Counted from the stretch's first letter, positions 1 through 9,264 are shown. The stretch: DNA of 64,000 bases from Sulfurovaceae bacterium (GCA_016744315.1 JADGER010000001.1:353-64352); one strand, 5' to 3'. Program-made: numbers and translations. Notes: a model not told the origin generated them from the letters alone.

Positions 1-1
1 A

Positions 2-289
2 AGAATAATTACTGAGGCTATAGAAAACTGTAAATTAATTGAGTTTAATTATAAAGATGAAGTTAGGGTTGTAGAACCATACACATTTGGTGTATCTACA
101 AAGAGCAATGATATATTAAGAGGATATCAAGTTGAAGGTGGTAGTACTTCTTCTGATGACTTAGGATGGAGACTTTTTACTGTAGCTAAAATAGAAAATA
201 TAAATATTTTAGAAAGAAATTTTGAACCTACACAAGATGGTTATAATCCAAATGATAGTGCAATGGTTGAAATTTACATAACTGCATAA
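2..289 (+). CDS. C-terminal part of a WYL-like (SH3-type barrel) domain protein; the 5' end lies outside the window
   Basis: The frame is open from the window edge to TAA at 287-289. The translation ..IEFNYKDEVRVVEPYTFGV..DDLGWRLFTVAKIENINILERNF has the spacing I associate with WYL-domain cores. This is pattern memory only. Confidence 0.4.
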   Translation, partial: RIITEAIENCKLIEFNYKDEVRVVEPYTFGVSTKSNDILRGYQVEGGSTSSDDLGWRLFTVAKIENINILERNFEPTQDGYNPNDSAMVEIYITA

Positions 290-301
290 TAGGGATGAAT
301 T

Positions 302-379
302 ATGAATAAGCTTAATGTAAAACTTGAGAATTGTTATGGCATTACTAAATTAACTCGTTACAAAGCTCCAGCTTCGTAA
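302..379 (+). pseudogene. 25-codon stub resembling the N-terminus of an SMC/OLD/AAA-type ATPase, probably a truncated gene remnant
   Basis: ATG at 302 lies 12 nt after the WYL-like stop. MNKLNVKLENCYGITKL resembles the opening strand of such ATPases. The frame stops after 25 codons, before any Walker A motif, and 85 nt of non-coding sequence follow. Confidence 0.3.
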
Positions 380-464
380 TGCCTTATTGGTCTTGATATA
401 TCACCACAATCTCTCAACCTCGATTGTTAGAGTAGAGGGGTCTAGTAACAATAACAACTCCTTC

Positions 465-893
465 CTAAATAACCCCCAAAGCTTCACTACTGCTAAGTAA
501 AGGCACTTCATAGCTATAGAAGTTTTTATCATTGCTAATGATATAATCGCAGTGCTTTTTTCGTGCCATGACAAATTGAATGGTGTCTTCTAGGTCAATA
601 AACTTTTCATCTTTTTCCATCAGATAAATCGCTTCATCTACCTCTATATTTCCAAACTCAATCACCTTGATAACGCGATTCATAATCTTCAGTTGTTCTA
701 ATGATTTTTTCTTGCCAAGAGGTTTTTTCAAGAGATAATAGATAGTAGTAATTAAATCACATGAGGTGTAGAGTTCAAATTTTTGACTGTTTTGAATCAA
801 ATAACGAAAAAGAGTGGCACTCTCTTCTGAAGATGGGCGTGAATCATCTGAAATATCTATAAGAATATTGGCATCAAGAAATATTTTTTTCAT
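465..893 (-). CDS. vapC: PIN-domain toxin (VapC-like ribonuclease)
   Basis: 142 aa. The N-terminal MKKIFLDANILIDI carries the first PIN acidic residue, with further acidic positions (SCDL, DLEDT, ISNDKNF). A 4-nt ATGA overlap joins it to the upstream antitoxin ORF. Confidence 0.8.
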   Translation of the reverse strand: MKKIFLDANILIDISDDSRPSSEESATLFRYLIQNSQKFELYTSCDLITTIYYLLKKPLGKKKSLEQLKIMNRVIKVIEFGNIEVDEAIYLMEKDEKFIDLEDTIQFVMARKKHCDYIISNDKNFYSYEVPLLSSSEALGVI

Positions 894-1135
894 ATATCCT
901 CTCTATTGGCTTTGACCTCTTGACTATTTGGTGAGTTTTCACTAATCATTCCGATAAGACTCAAAGCTTCTTTAATCTCTTTTTCTTTATCTCTCTTTTT
1001 GATATATTCACTCAGTGCCTCAGCAACAATATGACTCTTTTTTTGATGGGTCTTTTGAGCATACTCAACCAAATTATTGACGATTCCAATCGGTAATGAA
1101 TAGAGCTCTTTTTTGTAGTTTTTTGTTGTATTCAT
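890..1135 (-). CDS. vapB: Ribbon-helix-helix (CopG-like) antitoxin partner of the PIN toxin
   Basis: 81 aa. YSLPIGIVNNLVEYAQKTHQKKSHIVAEALSEYI fits a beta-strand plus two helices. An AAGGAA RBS precedes the ATG, and the ORF is translationally coupled to vapC. Confidence 0.7.
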   Translation of the reverse strand: MNTTKNYKKELYSLPIGIVNNLVEYAQKTHQKKSHIVAEALSEYIKKRDKEKEIKEALSLIGMISENSPNSQEVKANREDI

Positions 1136-1146
1136 AAAAGTTCCTT

Positions 1147-1174
1147 TATATACTTTATTCTAGTATAGTATATA
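1147..1174 (-). promoter_or_regulatory. Inverted repeat TATATACT-N12-AGTATATA just upstream of the vapB start; candidate autoregulatory operator
   Basis: The perfect 8-bp arms at 1147-1154 and 1167-1174 were read directly. The repeat sits 12 nt upstream of the vapB ATG. RHH antitoxins typically bind palindromes in their own promoter. Confidence 0.3.
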
Positions 1175-1252
1175 CTTTTAGGGCTTTTATGTCAAGTGGG
1201 CTTACTTGATTTCTAGTGGATAGAGCATCATAGCATCATGATAAACTATAAC

Positions 1253-2401
1253 CTATAAACTTTTAGCCATCACCACAACTTCATACCGAATATTCCGACC
1301 ACTACTTCCTAGCACTTGTTCTATACATCCCAAATCTAAGAGGCTTTTTATATCTCTTGATGCTGTGGGGGCTGTGGTGTTTGCCATTTTTTTATATTTT
1401 TTGGTGGTCAATTGATTTACACTGTTTTTTATATCTTTGTCCAATATCATATTTAAGACTCTTCTTTGTCTTTCGTTAAAAGTTGTTGTTCTATGTCTAT
1501 CCCAAAATTTAGCTTTTTCTACAATATAGGAGATAGAAGAGATGGCTTCTGTGAGAGATTTTTCTACTGTTTCTAAGAACCATTCACACCAAATAGTAAT
1601 ATCCATGGGTTCTGCTTTTGCGATATATCCCGTACTCTTTTCTAGTGCTTTATAGTAGCTTTTTCTATCTTGATTGATACTCTTTGACATTGAGTAGAGT
1701 CTTGAAGTTGTAGGTTTTTCTATATCCGATAAGACCATATCGCTGATGGCTCTGGTTATTCTGCCGTTGCCATCGTCAAAAGGGTGGATAATTACAAACC
1801 ACAAATGGGCGATAGAGGCTTTGAGTAAAGATGAGGGAGTGCTATTGAACCATCTCATATAAGCGTTCATCTCTTCTTCAAGTCTATCGTGTGGAGGGGC
1901 TTCATAAAAGACTTTTTCTTTGCCTATCACACCTGATACGATTTGCATTGTGCCTTTTTCTCTAAAACGACCTACTTCTATATTCCATAATGTGTTATGT
2001 CTATTATCAAACATTTTACGATGCCAACCAAAAAGCTTTTCTACACTCAAAGGCTCTGTATAATTGCTATTTGCATCTATCAAAATATCTACAAAATTAC
2101 TCTCTTTGGTTTTTTCTCTATAGTGGGCTACACTCTCAAAACCTAATTTCTCTTTGATTGAAGACTTGACACTTTGCCTATCCAATATCTCATTTTCTAT
2201 AGCCCAACTAGATATTATCTCCTCTTCAAGTGCCAAAACTTGACTCTCTTGTAGATTTTTTTTGGAAATGATTTTGCCTAGAGTATTTAACTCACCTTGC
2301 TTACGAGAAACAGAAGCCAAACGAGTTTCTAGCTTTTTAAAATCATATTGAAAATGAGGATACACCACATCTTCCCAAATCCACTTTTTATCTGTAGGCA
2401 T
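1253..2401 (-). CDS. Fic-family protein (AMPylase-type), class II with an intramolecular inhibitory helix and a C-terminal wHTH
   Basis: 382 aa. The Fic core is HPFDDGNGRITR (HxFx[DE]GNGRxxR). N-terminal SWAIEN matches the inhibitory [ST]xxxE[GN] motif. The C-terminal TASRDIKSLLDLGCIEQV looks like a winged helix. Confidence 0.88.
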   Translation of the reverse strand: MPTDKKWIWEDVVYPHFQYDFKKLETRLASVSRKQGELNTLGKIISKKNLQESQVLALEEEIISSWAIENEILDRQSVKSSIKEKLGFESVAHYREKTKESNFVDILIDANSNYTEPLSVEKLFGWHRKMFDNRHNTLWNIEVGRFREKGTMQIVSGVIGKEKVFYEAPPHDRLEEEMNAYMRWFNSTPSSLLKASIAHLWFVIIHPFDDGNGRITRAISDMVLSDIEKPTTSRLYSMSKSINQDRKSYYKALEKSTGYIAKAEPMDITIWCEWFLETVEKSLTEAISSISYIVEKAKFWDRHRTTTFNERQRRVLNMILDKDIKNSVNQLTTKKYKKMANTTAPTASRDIKSLLDLGCIEQVLGSSGRNIRYEVVVMAKSL

Positions 2402-2431
2402 CTAAAAACCTTTTTGATGCTATTTTAACAT

Positions 2432-2466
2432 AAATGATAGGAATAAATCATTTTATCCTATCATTT
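2432..2466. promoter_or_regulatory. Palindrome AAATGATAGGA-N13-TCCTATCATTT upstream of fic, with a third partial copy (TTGATAGG) downstream
   Basis: The 11-bp perfect arms at 2432-2442 and 2456-2466 were read directly. The palindrome lies 31-65 nt upstream of the fic start codon in the fic/tonB divergent region. Confidence 0.3.
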
Positions 2467-2615
2467 TTGATAGGGTTATGGGGCTAAACAAGCCAAGAGA
2501 CTAGGTAAAAAATATAGAGTATATTATTATATATGATAAATCAGAAGTTGCTACGCTATAATATCCAAAAAAGAATCAAAATAATGAGATTTTTAAATAT
2601 AAAAGCTTCTCTTAT

Positions 2616-3344
2616 ATGAATCACCTATCTAAGCAATTCAAACGAGATACTAAAGCTTTTTCTCTTACCCTTATACTTTATCTTCCTTTACTTTTTTGGT
2701 GGAGTCAAAGCAAAGTAGAACTCTTTCCAGAGAGAGTTTCTACGCCTTTGGTTTTGGATCTTCAAAAGTTTGTTTGCAAAGAAGAATCAACTCCTGAGCC
2801 TCTTTTGAAAGAACCTATTATTGAAGATGATTTTTTTGAAGATTTTGAAGAGATTATGCAAGAACCTGTAGTATCCCCCAAGCCACTTACAACAAAACCT
2901 AAACCTATTGTAAAACAGAAAAAACCTATTATAAAAAAACCTATCAAAAAGAAAAAGCTCAAAAAAATAAGCAAAAAAAGAGTTGTAAAGAAAAAACACA
3001 ATAGAACTAGCAAAGGGAGACAAAAACAGACAAAGAGAAAAAACTCTACAGCCTCTGTATCTAAAGCCAAAACAAACCAATTTATTACTAGACTCAAAAA
3101 AGCCATAAATACTAATAAAATTTATCCTAAGATGGCAAAAAAAAGAGGTTTACAAGGAACTGTTCATGTGAGCTTTACGATTAATTCTTCTGGAAAAGTT
3201 AGCAATATTACTGTCAAAGGTTCTAAGATGTTTATCAAGGCTACCAAGAGAGCAATACTTCGGTCATTTCCAATAAATACCAAAAATATATCACTCCCTC
3301 TAAAAGTAAATCTTAGACTTAACTATACACTCAAAAGATCCTAA
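2616..3344 (+). CDS. tonB: TonB-family energy transducer
   Basis: N-terminal TM (FSLTLILYLPLLFWW), a Pro/Lys-rich spacer (KPKPIVKQKKPIIKKPIKKKK) and a C-terminal TonB fold (YPKMAKKRGLQGTVHVSFTINSSGKV). No exbBD genes are adjacent. Confidence 0.8.
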   Translation: MNHLSKQFKRDTKAFSLTLILYLPLLFWWSQSKVELFPERVSTPLVLDLQKFVCKEESTPEPLLKEPIIEDDFFEDFEEIMQEPVVSPKPLTTKPKPIVKQKKPIIKKPIKKKKLKKISKKRVVKKKHNRTSKGRQKQTKRKNSTASVSKAKTNQFITRLKKAINTNKIYPKMAKKRGLQGTVHVSFTINSSGKVSNITVKGSKMFIKATKRAILRSFPINTKNISLPLKVNLRLNYTLKRS

Positions 3345-4652
3345 CTAGATAGTACAAAATGGGTATCTTGGTATAATGACTTTGGCTATAGTTCCTTTGC
3401 TATCTTCTCTATTTTTAATGCTTATAATAGCCCCCATAGCATCTGATGCACTTTTTGCCAAGAATAGTCCTAGCCCTGTGCCTGAAGAAGTTTGACTTCG
3501 GATAAATGGAGCAAAGAGATCTTTGTTTTCATCTATTCCCTCACCCTCATCTATCACCTCTATTACAAGATTTCCCTCACAAAGATAACTCTTAAGTAAG
3601 ACCTTTTTGTCATTAGGAGTAAATTTTAGTGCATTTTGAACAAAATTCTGAGTAATCTGTGTGAGAAGTAATGGTTGAATACAAAAGGTTAATTGTTCTG
3701 GTATTAATTCATATTCAAATTGCTGTCCATGTGCATCGGCTAATATCTTAAAGTCTTCGGCTTTTTTTCTTAGAAAAGCAATAACATTTATATTTACAGG
3801 TGTCTCAAACTGAGCTCCTTCGGCTCGACCAAACTCCAAAATAGAACTCACTATTTTATTCATTTCGTCAATAGAAGTAATATTTTGTTTTAATGCATCT
3901 TCCAAATCTTTTTGTGTAGACTTCCTTTTCATCAGAGTTACTTGCGTTTTTGTTTTCATAACAGCTAAGGGTGTCTTAAGCTCATGGGCTGCTCCAATAA
4001 AAAGCTCTTTTTTATATTTAACAAAATTTTGAATACGCATCATAAGAGTATTAATAGATTGTGCCAATTGCTCAAACTCTTTGGGTAACTCACTGACTTC
4101 TAATGGTTCCATCATACTCTCATTTCGTTTGGAGAGCTTTTCAGAGAGTATACGCAGAGTAGAAAGAAGCATTCCTGATAAAAAATATGCATACAAAATA
4201 ACAAGTCCCATAGTAAGAAGATTCACAAATATAATAGATTTATAAACCTGCTGTTGCACATGCTTTTGTTTTGTTATATTTGCAGAGATATTCAAGTAAG
4301 CTTGTTGCTGAAAATTATAAGGAAAATGGAGTTCAAAAAAATACTCTTTACCTTTTTTATATTGATGCACATGTGTTGTGCTATAATTAACATCAGGAAG
4401 ATAAATAATTTCTGCATTTATATGAAGTGTTTTTTGTATGAGTTCAGCATTTTCAGCTATACCTTTTCTAACATCTGGGTATGTAGCAAAAATATATTTG
4501 GCTTGTTTTGTAAGGGAAGATTGTAGCTCTTTGTCTACACTATAGTTAATATAGCTATATAAAATAGTAGAGAAGAAAAAAAGTAGTGCCGCCATAGCGA
4601 CACTAAGTTTAATCAAAAAATTAGCTCTTATACTTCTTTTTTGGGAAAGCAA
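3345..4652 (-). CDS. Membrane sensor histidine kinase
   Basis: Two hydrophobic segments, H-box AAHELKTPLAV, N-box QNALKFT, and G-boxes DEGEGI and GTGLGLFLAKS. It overlaps the upstream response-regulator gene. Confidence 0.88.
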   Translation of the reverse strand: MLSQKRSIRANFLIKLSVAMAALLFFFSTILYSYINYSVDKELQSSLTKQAKYIFATYPDVRKGIAENAELIQKTLHINAEIIYLPDVNYSTTHVHQYKKGKEYFFELHFPYNFQQQAYLNISANITKQKHVQQQVYKSIIFVNLLTMGLVILYAYFLSGMLLSTLRILSEKLSKRNESMMEPLEVSELPKEFEQLAQSINTLMMRIQNFVKYKKELFIGAAHELKTPLAVMKTKTQVTLMKRKSTQKDLEDALKQNITSIDEMNKIVSSILEFGRAEGAQFETPVNINVIAFLRKKAEDFKILADAHGQQFEYELIPEQLTFCIQPLLLTQITQNFVQNALKFTPNDKKVLLKSYLCEGNLVIEVIDEGEGIDENKDLFAPFIRSQTSSGTGLGLFLAKSASDAMGAIISIKNREDSKGTIAKVIIPRYPFCTI

Positions 4653-5302
4653 AATCTATACCCTCTTCTACGAACCGTCTCAATAGTTGTAATATGTAAC
4701 GGTTTATCCATTTTTTGTCTAATCTGATTAATAGCTACTTCAATTACATTAGGAGTTACCAATTCAGGCTCTTCCCAAATAGCATCAAGCAGTTGTTCTT
4801 TTGATACAATTTGATCTTGGTGCATAGCTAGGTGTGTAAGTACTTCAAAAGGCTTTCCTTTGAGTTCTACTTCTACACCATCATAAATAATTTTTTCTTC
4901 TTCAGGATTGATAATAAGGTTTTCTATTTCTATAATATTACTTCCACCAAAACGAAGTTTCGCTTCTATACGCAAGAGTAGAATTTCAAAATCAAATGGT
5001 TTTTTTACATAATCATCTGCTCCTGCACGAAGAGCTTCTATTTCACTCTCTTTGTCATCTCTTGCAGATAAGATAATTACTGCTGTTTTTGGTGCATTTG
5101 ATTTAATATCCCTTATCAAATCTACACCATTTCCATCAGGAAGCATCCAATCAAGAAGAACTAGGTCATAATTTCTAATATCTAAATAATATTTACCATC
5201 TTTTATATTTTCTGCTATATCATTTTGATACCCAAACTCTTTGAGTCCATCTGAAAGAGTCTTACTTAGTGTTACTTCATCTTCAATAATCAATATTCTC
5301 AT
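4628..5302 (-). CDS. OmpR/PhoB-family response regulator
   Basis: Receiver domain MRILIIEDE..LLDWMLPDG..KKPF, followed by a winged-helix output ending TVRRRGYRF. Confidence 0.92.
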   Translation of the reverse strand: MRILIIEDEVTLSKTLSDGLKEFGYQNDIAENIKDGKYYLDIRNYDLVLLDWMLPDGNGVDLIRDIKSNAPKTAVIILSARDDKESEIEALRAGADDYVKKPFDFEILLLRIEAKLRFGGSNIIEIENLIINPEEEKIIYDGVEVELKGKPFEVLTHLAMHQDQIVSKEQLLDAIWEEPELVTPNVIEVAINQIRQKMDKPLHITTIETVRRRGYRFCFPKKEV

Positions 5303-5408
5303 CAGTCAAGATCCTTTTAATTTAAGATTTATTTAATAGTATAGCATAAAAATAGCTGAAACTGAGGCTTTTTAAAGATTTTAGCTCTTTTAGGGTATAG
5401 TCTTTTTT

Positions 5409-6326
5409 ATGATTAGCACACTTTCTTCTCTTATCTTTGTTTATTTTTTTATTCTCTTGGGATATACTGCCAAACGGCTCTTTAAAGAAGATATAAACTC
5501 TAAAAGTTTGACGATTTTATCAGTCTACTTTCTTCAGCCATTTGTGACTATATGGGGCTTTAGTACAGCACAACTGCATTTAGAACATGCTTTTGTACCG
5601 CTTCTTTATTTGGGCATAATTATCTTTTTACTTTTCCCAACTATTCTTTTATCTAAGCTATTATTTGACGATGTCAAAGAGAGAGCCATCTTTAGTATTG
5701 CTGGATTTGTAGGAAATACTGGTAATATTGGCATCCCTTTAGGACTTGCCCTTTTTGGTGAAGAGAGTATTATCTATACGACCCTTATAAATATTGCAAA
5801 TGTCTTTATTGTTTATATTATTGGTGTGTATATTTATTCTCGTGGCTCACTCTCTATAAAAGAATCACTTATAAATATTATCAAAATTCCGATTATTCCT
5901 GTCTCAATAATAGCCATAGCCATTAATATTTATCAAATTCCTATAGCCGTGCAAATTCAAGAATTTTTTAAAATGGGTGCGTATGCAGGTATTGTCATAC
6001 AGCTTTTTTTATTAGGGACATTTCTTCAAGGTATTACTATACGCTCTATTAAACTACGACTATTTATAGGTGCTATTTCACAAAAGTTTATACTTATTCC
6101 TATAGCCACAGCAACAATACTCTCTTTTACAACTCTTCCTTTATTTGTGCAAGGTATTATTTTTATGGAAATGATGACTCCTCTTGCTATAGCAAATATC
6201 AATTTAGCATCTCTCTATGATTGTCGCCCCAAAGATGTAACTATTTTAATACTTTTGAGTACACTTTTATTTATGCCTCTCTTATTTATTCTTACATATA
6301 TAATAGATTTTTACTATCTTAGCTAG
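5409..6326 (+). CDS. AEC (auxin efflux carrier) family permease
   Basis: 305 aa and about 10 hydrophobic helices. The N-terminus FILLGYTAKRLF is typical of AEC transporters. Confidence 0.7.
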   Translation: MISTLSSLIFVYFFILLGYTAKRLFKEDINSKSLTILSVYFLQPFVTIWGFSTAQLHLEHAFVPLLYLGIIIFLLFPTILLSKLLFDDVKERAIFSIAGFVGNTGNIGIPLGLALFGEESIIYTTLINIANVFIVYIIGVYIYSRGSLSIKESLINIIKIPIIPVSIIAIAINIYQIPIAVQIQEFFKMGAYAGIVIQLFLLGTFLQGITIRSIKLRLFIGAISQKFILIPIATATILSFTTLPLFVQGIIFMEMMTPLAIANINLASLYDCRPKDVTILILLSTLLFMPLLFILTYIIDFYYLS

Positions 6327-6347
6327 AATTATCAAAAAAGGATTTAT

Positions 6348-7280
6348 GTGGTACAGGCTCAAAAAGCACTTTTACAATGGTATACAATATATGGAAGACA
6401 CCAACTCCCATGGCGAAATACAACAGATATTTATCATATCTATTTGAGTGAAATTATGCTCCAACAAACACAAGTTACTCGTGTAAAAGAGGAGTATTAT
6501 CCACGGTTTTTACAAAAATTCCCTACTATTAAAGCTCTCTCTCTAGCATCAGAAGAAGAAGTACTTGCCTTATGGAGTGGGTTAGGCTACTATAGCAGAG
6601 CTAGAAATCTTTATAAAACGGCAAAACTCTCTAGCCATCAATTCCCTACAGATTACAAAGAACTCCTACAACTCCCTGGAATTGGACAGTACACTGCTAG
6701 TGCTATTTGTAGCTTTGGATATAATCAAAATATTGCTGTAGTAGATACAAATATTGCCAGAGTTATCAAACGATTCTTTGCCCTTACAGAACCAAAAAAT
6801 AGTATAATTTGGGATAAAGCTACAGAGCTTCTCAATAGTAAAAACCCTCGTTCACACAATCTTGCATTAATGGACTTGGGATCTATAATCTGTCTCCCAA
6901 AAAACCCACAATGCACTATCTGTCCACTTTTAAATAATTGCCAAGGCTCAAAAAATCCAGAAAGTTATACACAAACAAAAAAGAAAGAGTATGAAAAAAT
7001 GGAGCTTTTTTATGCTGTACTTATACGCAATAATCACATTGCCCTCACCTCATCTACAGGCACTATGTATAAAAACATGCTCCAACTCCCCACAGTTGAC
7101 CCCATAGAAGAACTCTTTATCACAAAATTTAAACATTCTTATACCAAATACCGATTAACTGTTAATCTCTATAAAGTTGAAGAAGTTATAGATGATATTA
7201 TTTGGATTGATTTAGATAAACTCAACCAAAGCCCTATCTCCTCACTTACTAAAAAAGCTCTTGCTCTGACAATAATTTAA
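6348..7280 (+). CDS. mutY: A/G-specific adenine DNA glycosylase
   Basis: LLQWY..GRHQLPWR, a helix-hairpin-helix GIGQYTASAI, the Fe-S cluster loop C-x6-C-x2-C-x5-C (CLPKNPQCTICPLLNNC) and a C-terminal NUDIX-like domain. GTG start after AAGGA. Confidence 0.88.
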   Translation: MVQAQKALLQWYTIYGRHQLPWRNTTDIYHIYLSEIMLQQTQVTRVKEEYYPRFLQKFPTIKALSLASEEEVLALWSGLGYYSRARNLYKTAKLSSHQFPTDYKELLQLPGIGQYTASAICSFGYNQNIAVVDTNIARVIKRFFALTEPKNSIIWDKATELLNSKNPRSHNLALMDLGSIICLPKNPQCTICPLLNNCQGSKNPESYTQTKKKEYEKMELFYAVLIRNNHIALTSSTGTMYKNMLQLPTVDPIEELFITKFKHSYTKYRLTVNLYKVEEVIDDIIWIDLDKLNQSPISSLTKKALALTII

Positions 7281-7325
7281 GATATGCTATAATCACATAA
7301 AAGTTAGGAATCTAAAGAGTGAACT

Positions 7326-8108
7326 ATGTTAATCTCCATTAAACGGCTTATCGCCTCACTCCTTACGGTTTTTTTAATTTTGCTTAGTTGGATTATCTCT
7401 TATAAATACCATTGTATTGCTCTTTTGTTTCCTTTGATTGTTTGGATTCTTATTAGCTATAGTTTTATTGAACTCAAAATGCAAGAGAGGCATTGTCTTA
7501 GAAAATGCTATTTCCAAAAAGAGTCTCTTCTTGCTCGGCTTCTTGCATCCCGATTTATGGTTATACTTTTTTATCTTATTGTTTCTACTATGATGAGTAT
7601 TACTATTCTCTCTAGTGCTATGGAATATACACAAATTTGGTGGTTATATTTGGTGATTCATACTTTTCTCTCTTTGATACTCTATCGTATTATTCTCTCT
7701 CTTACTGCTTCTATTGTCAAACCCTCTTATCACAAACTCTTTGCAAGAGAATGGACTATTAATGGTATGACCTTTTTGATACTGCCCTTTTTTATCTATT
7801 TGGCTCTTAATGGCTATGCTCCTGAGTATCTCAAAGAGAGTTTTATAGAGACCATAGAGAGTGCTTCTATTACTCTTTATTCTAGCTGTACTATCACACA
7901 AAAAATGCTAATATGGAGCAAAGAGCTTGATGCTGGGCTTTGGTGGCTTGTGTATAGTAGTGCAGAATATGCCCAAGCCAGATGGCTCAAAGCAGGTATT
8001 TGGATAAGTTTTATTATATACAATAGCCTAGCTGTCTTAGGTATTAACAGACTTATTGTACAAATTATTTATCTTATAGATATACTATTTCAAAGGAAAA
8101 AATTATGA
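7326..8108 (+). CDS. Polytopic membrane protein of unknown function
   Basis: 260 aa with at least six hydrophobic helices and no motif I recognise. An ATGA overlap joins it to the next ORF. Confidence 0.6.
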   Translation: MLISIKRLIASLLTVFLILLSWIISYKYHCIALLFPLIVWILISYSFIELKMQERHCLRKCYFQKESLLARLLASRFMVILFYLIVSTMMSITILSSAMEYTQIWWLYLVIHTFLSLILYRIILSLTASIVKPSYHKLFAREWTINGMTFLILPFFIYLALNGYAPEYLKESFIETIESASITLYSSCTITQKMLIWSKELDAGLWWLVYSSAEYAQARWLKAGIWISFIIYNSLAVLGINRLIVQIIYLIDILFQRKKL

Positions 8109-9214
8109 TTGATAATAAAAGCTGGTTAAGTAATGCTTCTAAATTTGAAAAAATATTTTGGGGGTGTATACTCTTCTTTCTATTTTTATTTATCCTTTTG
8201 CACTTTTTTGCATCAAGAGAATTTTATCAAAACAAAGAAAAAAACAAAAATGCACCTCTTTCGGCTAGAACTATACTCAAAGAGATAGAAGTAGTCATTG
8301 ATTCTAATAAAATGAAGAAAAATATACAAAGTAATGAAACAGTAAAAATTATCTCTGATGACTTGCATAAAAAGATGAAAGATATAAACCAAACCATTAA
8401 CAAAGAAACCAAGGAAATATTTAAAACTGTACATAATAATATTGATAAATTTTTAGATTTTCACTACTCAGTAATTGGGGAATATATAGAACTCGGCTCT
8501 ATGGCAACAGGCAAAATAGAAGAACATATCCAAGAAGAACTCTTTGGCAAAAACTTCTCCTTGCAGATGGACACAATGCTAGAAACCATTGCCAAGCAAC
8601 ACCAAAATAATTTAAAAAGTCATCTTGATATAATGCATATACAAGCAAGTAAAGGCATAGACCCTTCACTCAACAAAGAAGCCATAGAACGCCTCCAACA
8701 AGATGTAAATCAACACTTTCTTATACAACAAGGAAAACTAGGCACACTTATAATAGCCACTCTAGCAGCCAAAGTAACCAAAGTTGTAGCAACTAAACTC
8801 GCTGCCAAACAAGCTGGAGTTATTGCAACCAAAGCAGGTGCAAAAGCAGGAATGAAATCAACAGCTGCACTTACAGGTGCATCTGCTGGTATATTTTGTG
8901 GACCTTTCGTCTGGATCTGTTCACCTATAGCTGCTGCAACTCTATGGTTTGGAACAGATGCTATTATAGTCTCTGTAGACGAACACTTCAACAGAGACTC
9001 ATTCAAACTAGAAATCATCGACGCACTCAAAGAACAAGAACAAAAACTCACAATACAACTCCAGATATACTACACTAAATCCCTCAAAGAATTCTCCCAA
9101 AAAGCCCAAGAAAAATATATCAATACTCCCACAAAAGAGAAAAAAAGAATGACAATAAAAGAGTTAATAACAGAAGAAAGTGCTAAAGATAGAAAACAAC
9201 TAGAACTCTTTTAG
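8105..9214 (+). CDS. Membrane-anchored coiled-coil protein of unknown function
   Basis: 369 aa. It has an N-terminal TM, a long charged helical middle, an Ala/Gly-rich hydrophobic stretch (ATKLAAKQAGVIATKAGAKAGMKSTAALTGASAGIFCGPFVWICSPIAAATLWFG) and a charged tail. Confidence 0.6.
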   Translation: MIDNKSWLSNASKFEKIFWGCILFFLFLFILLHFFASREFYQNKEKNKNAPLSARTILKEIEVVIDSNKMKKNIQSNETVKIISDDLHKKMKDINQTINKETKEIFKTVHNNIDKFLDFHYSVIGEYIELGSMATGKIEEHIQEELFGKNFSLQMDTMLETIAKQHQNNLKSHLDIMHIQASKGIDPSLNKEAIERLQQDVNQHFLIQQGKLGTLIIATLAAKVTKVVATKLAAKQAGVIATKAGAKAGMKSTAALTGASAGIFCGPFVWICSPIAAATLWFGTDAIIVSVDEHFNRDSFKLEIIDALKEQEQKLTIQLQIYYTKSLKEFSQKAQEKYINTPTKEKKRMTIKELITEESAKDRKQLELF

Positions 9215-9264
9215 TAAAAAAATGCTAATCTTTATGATATGAAATTAAAAAAAAGGAAGAAAAA

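Noticed and set aside
2762-3106. Two long antisense ORFs (114 aa and 97 aa) inside tonB
   Set aside because: They mirror the low-complexity Lys/Pro-rich spacer of TonB (poly-A/T codons), translate to Phe/Leu-rich nonsense and have no start context. They are artefacts of composition.
8710-9078. 113-aa antisense ORF and 60-aa sense-shifted ORF in the Ala/Gly-rich part of the 369-aa membrane protein gene
   Set aside because: GC-richer Ala codons keep alternative frames open. Neither has start signals, and the products are low complexity.
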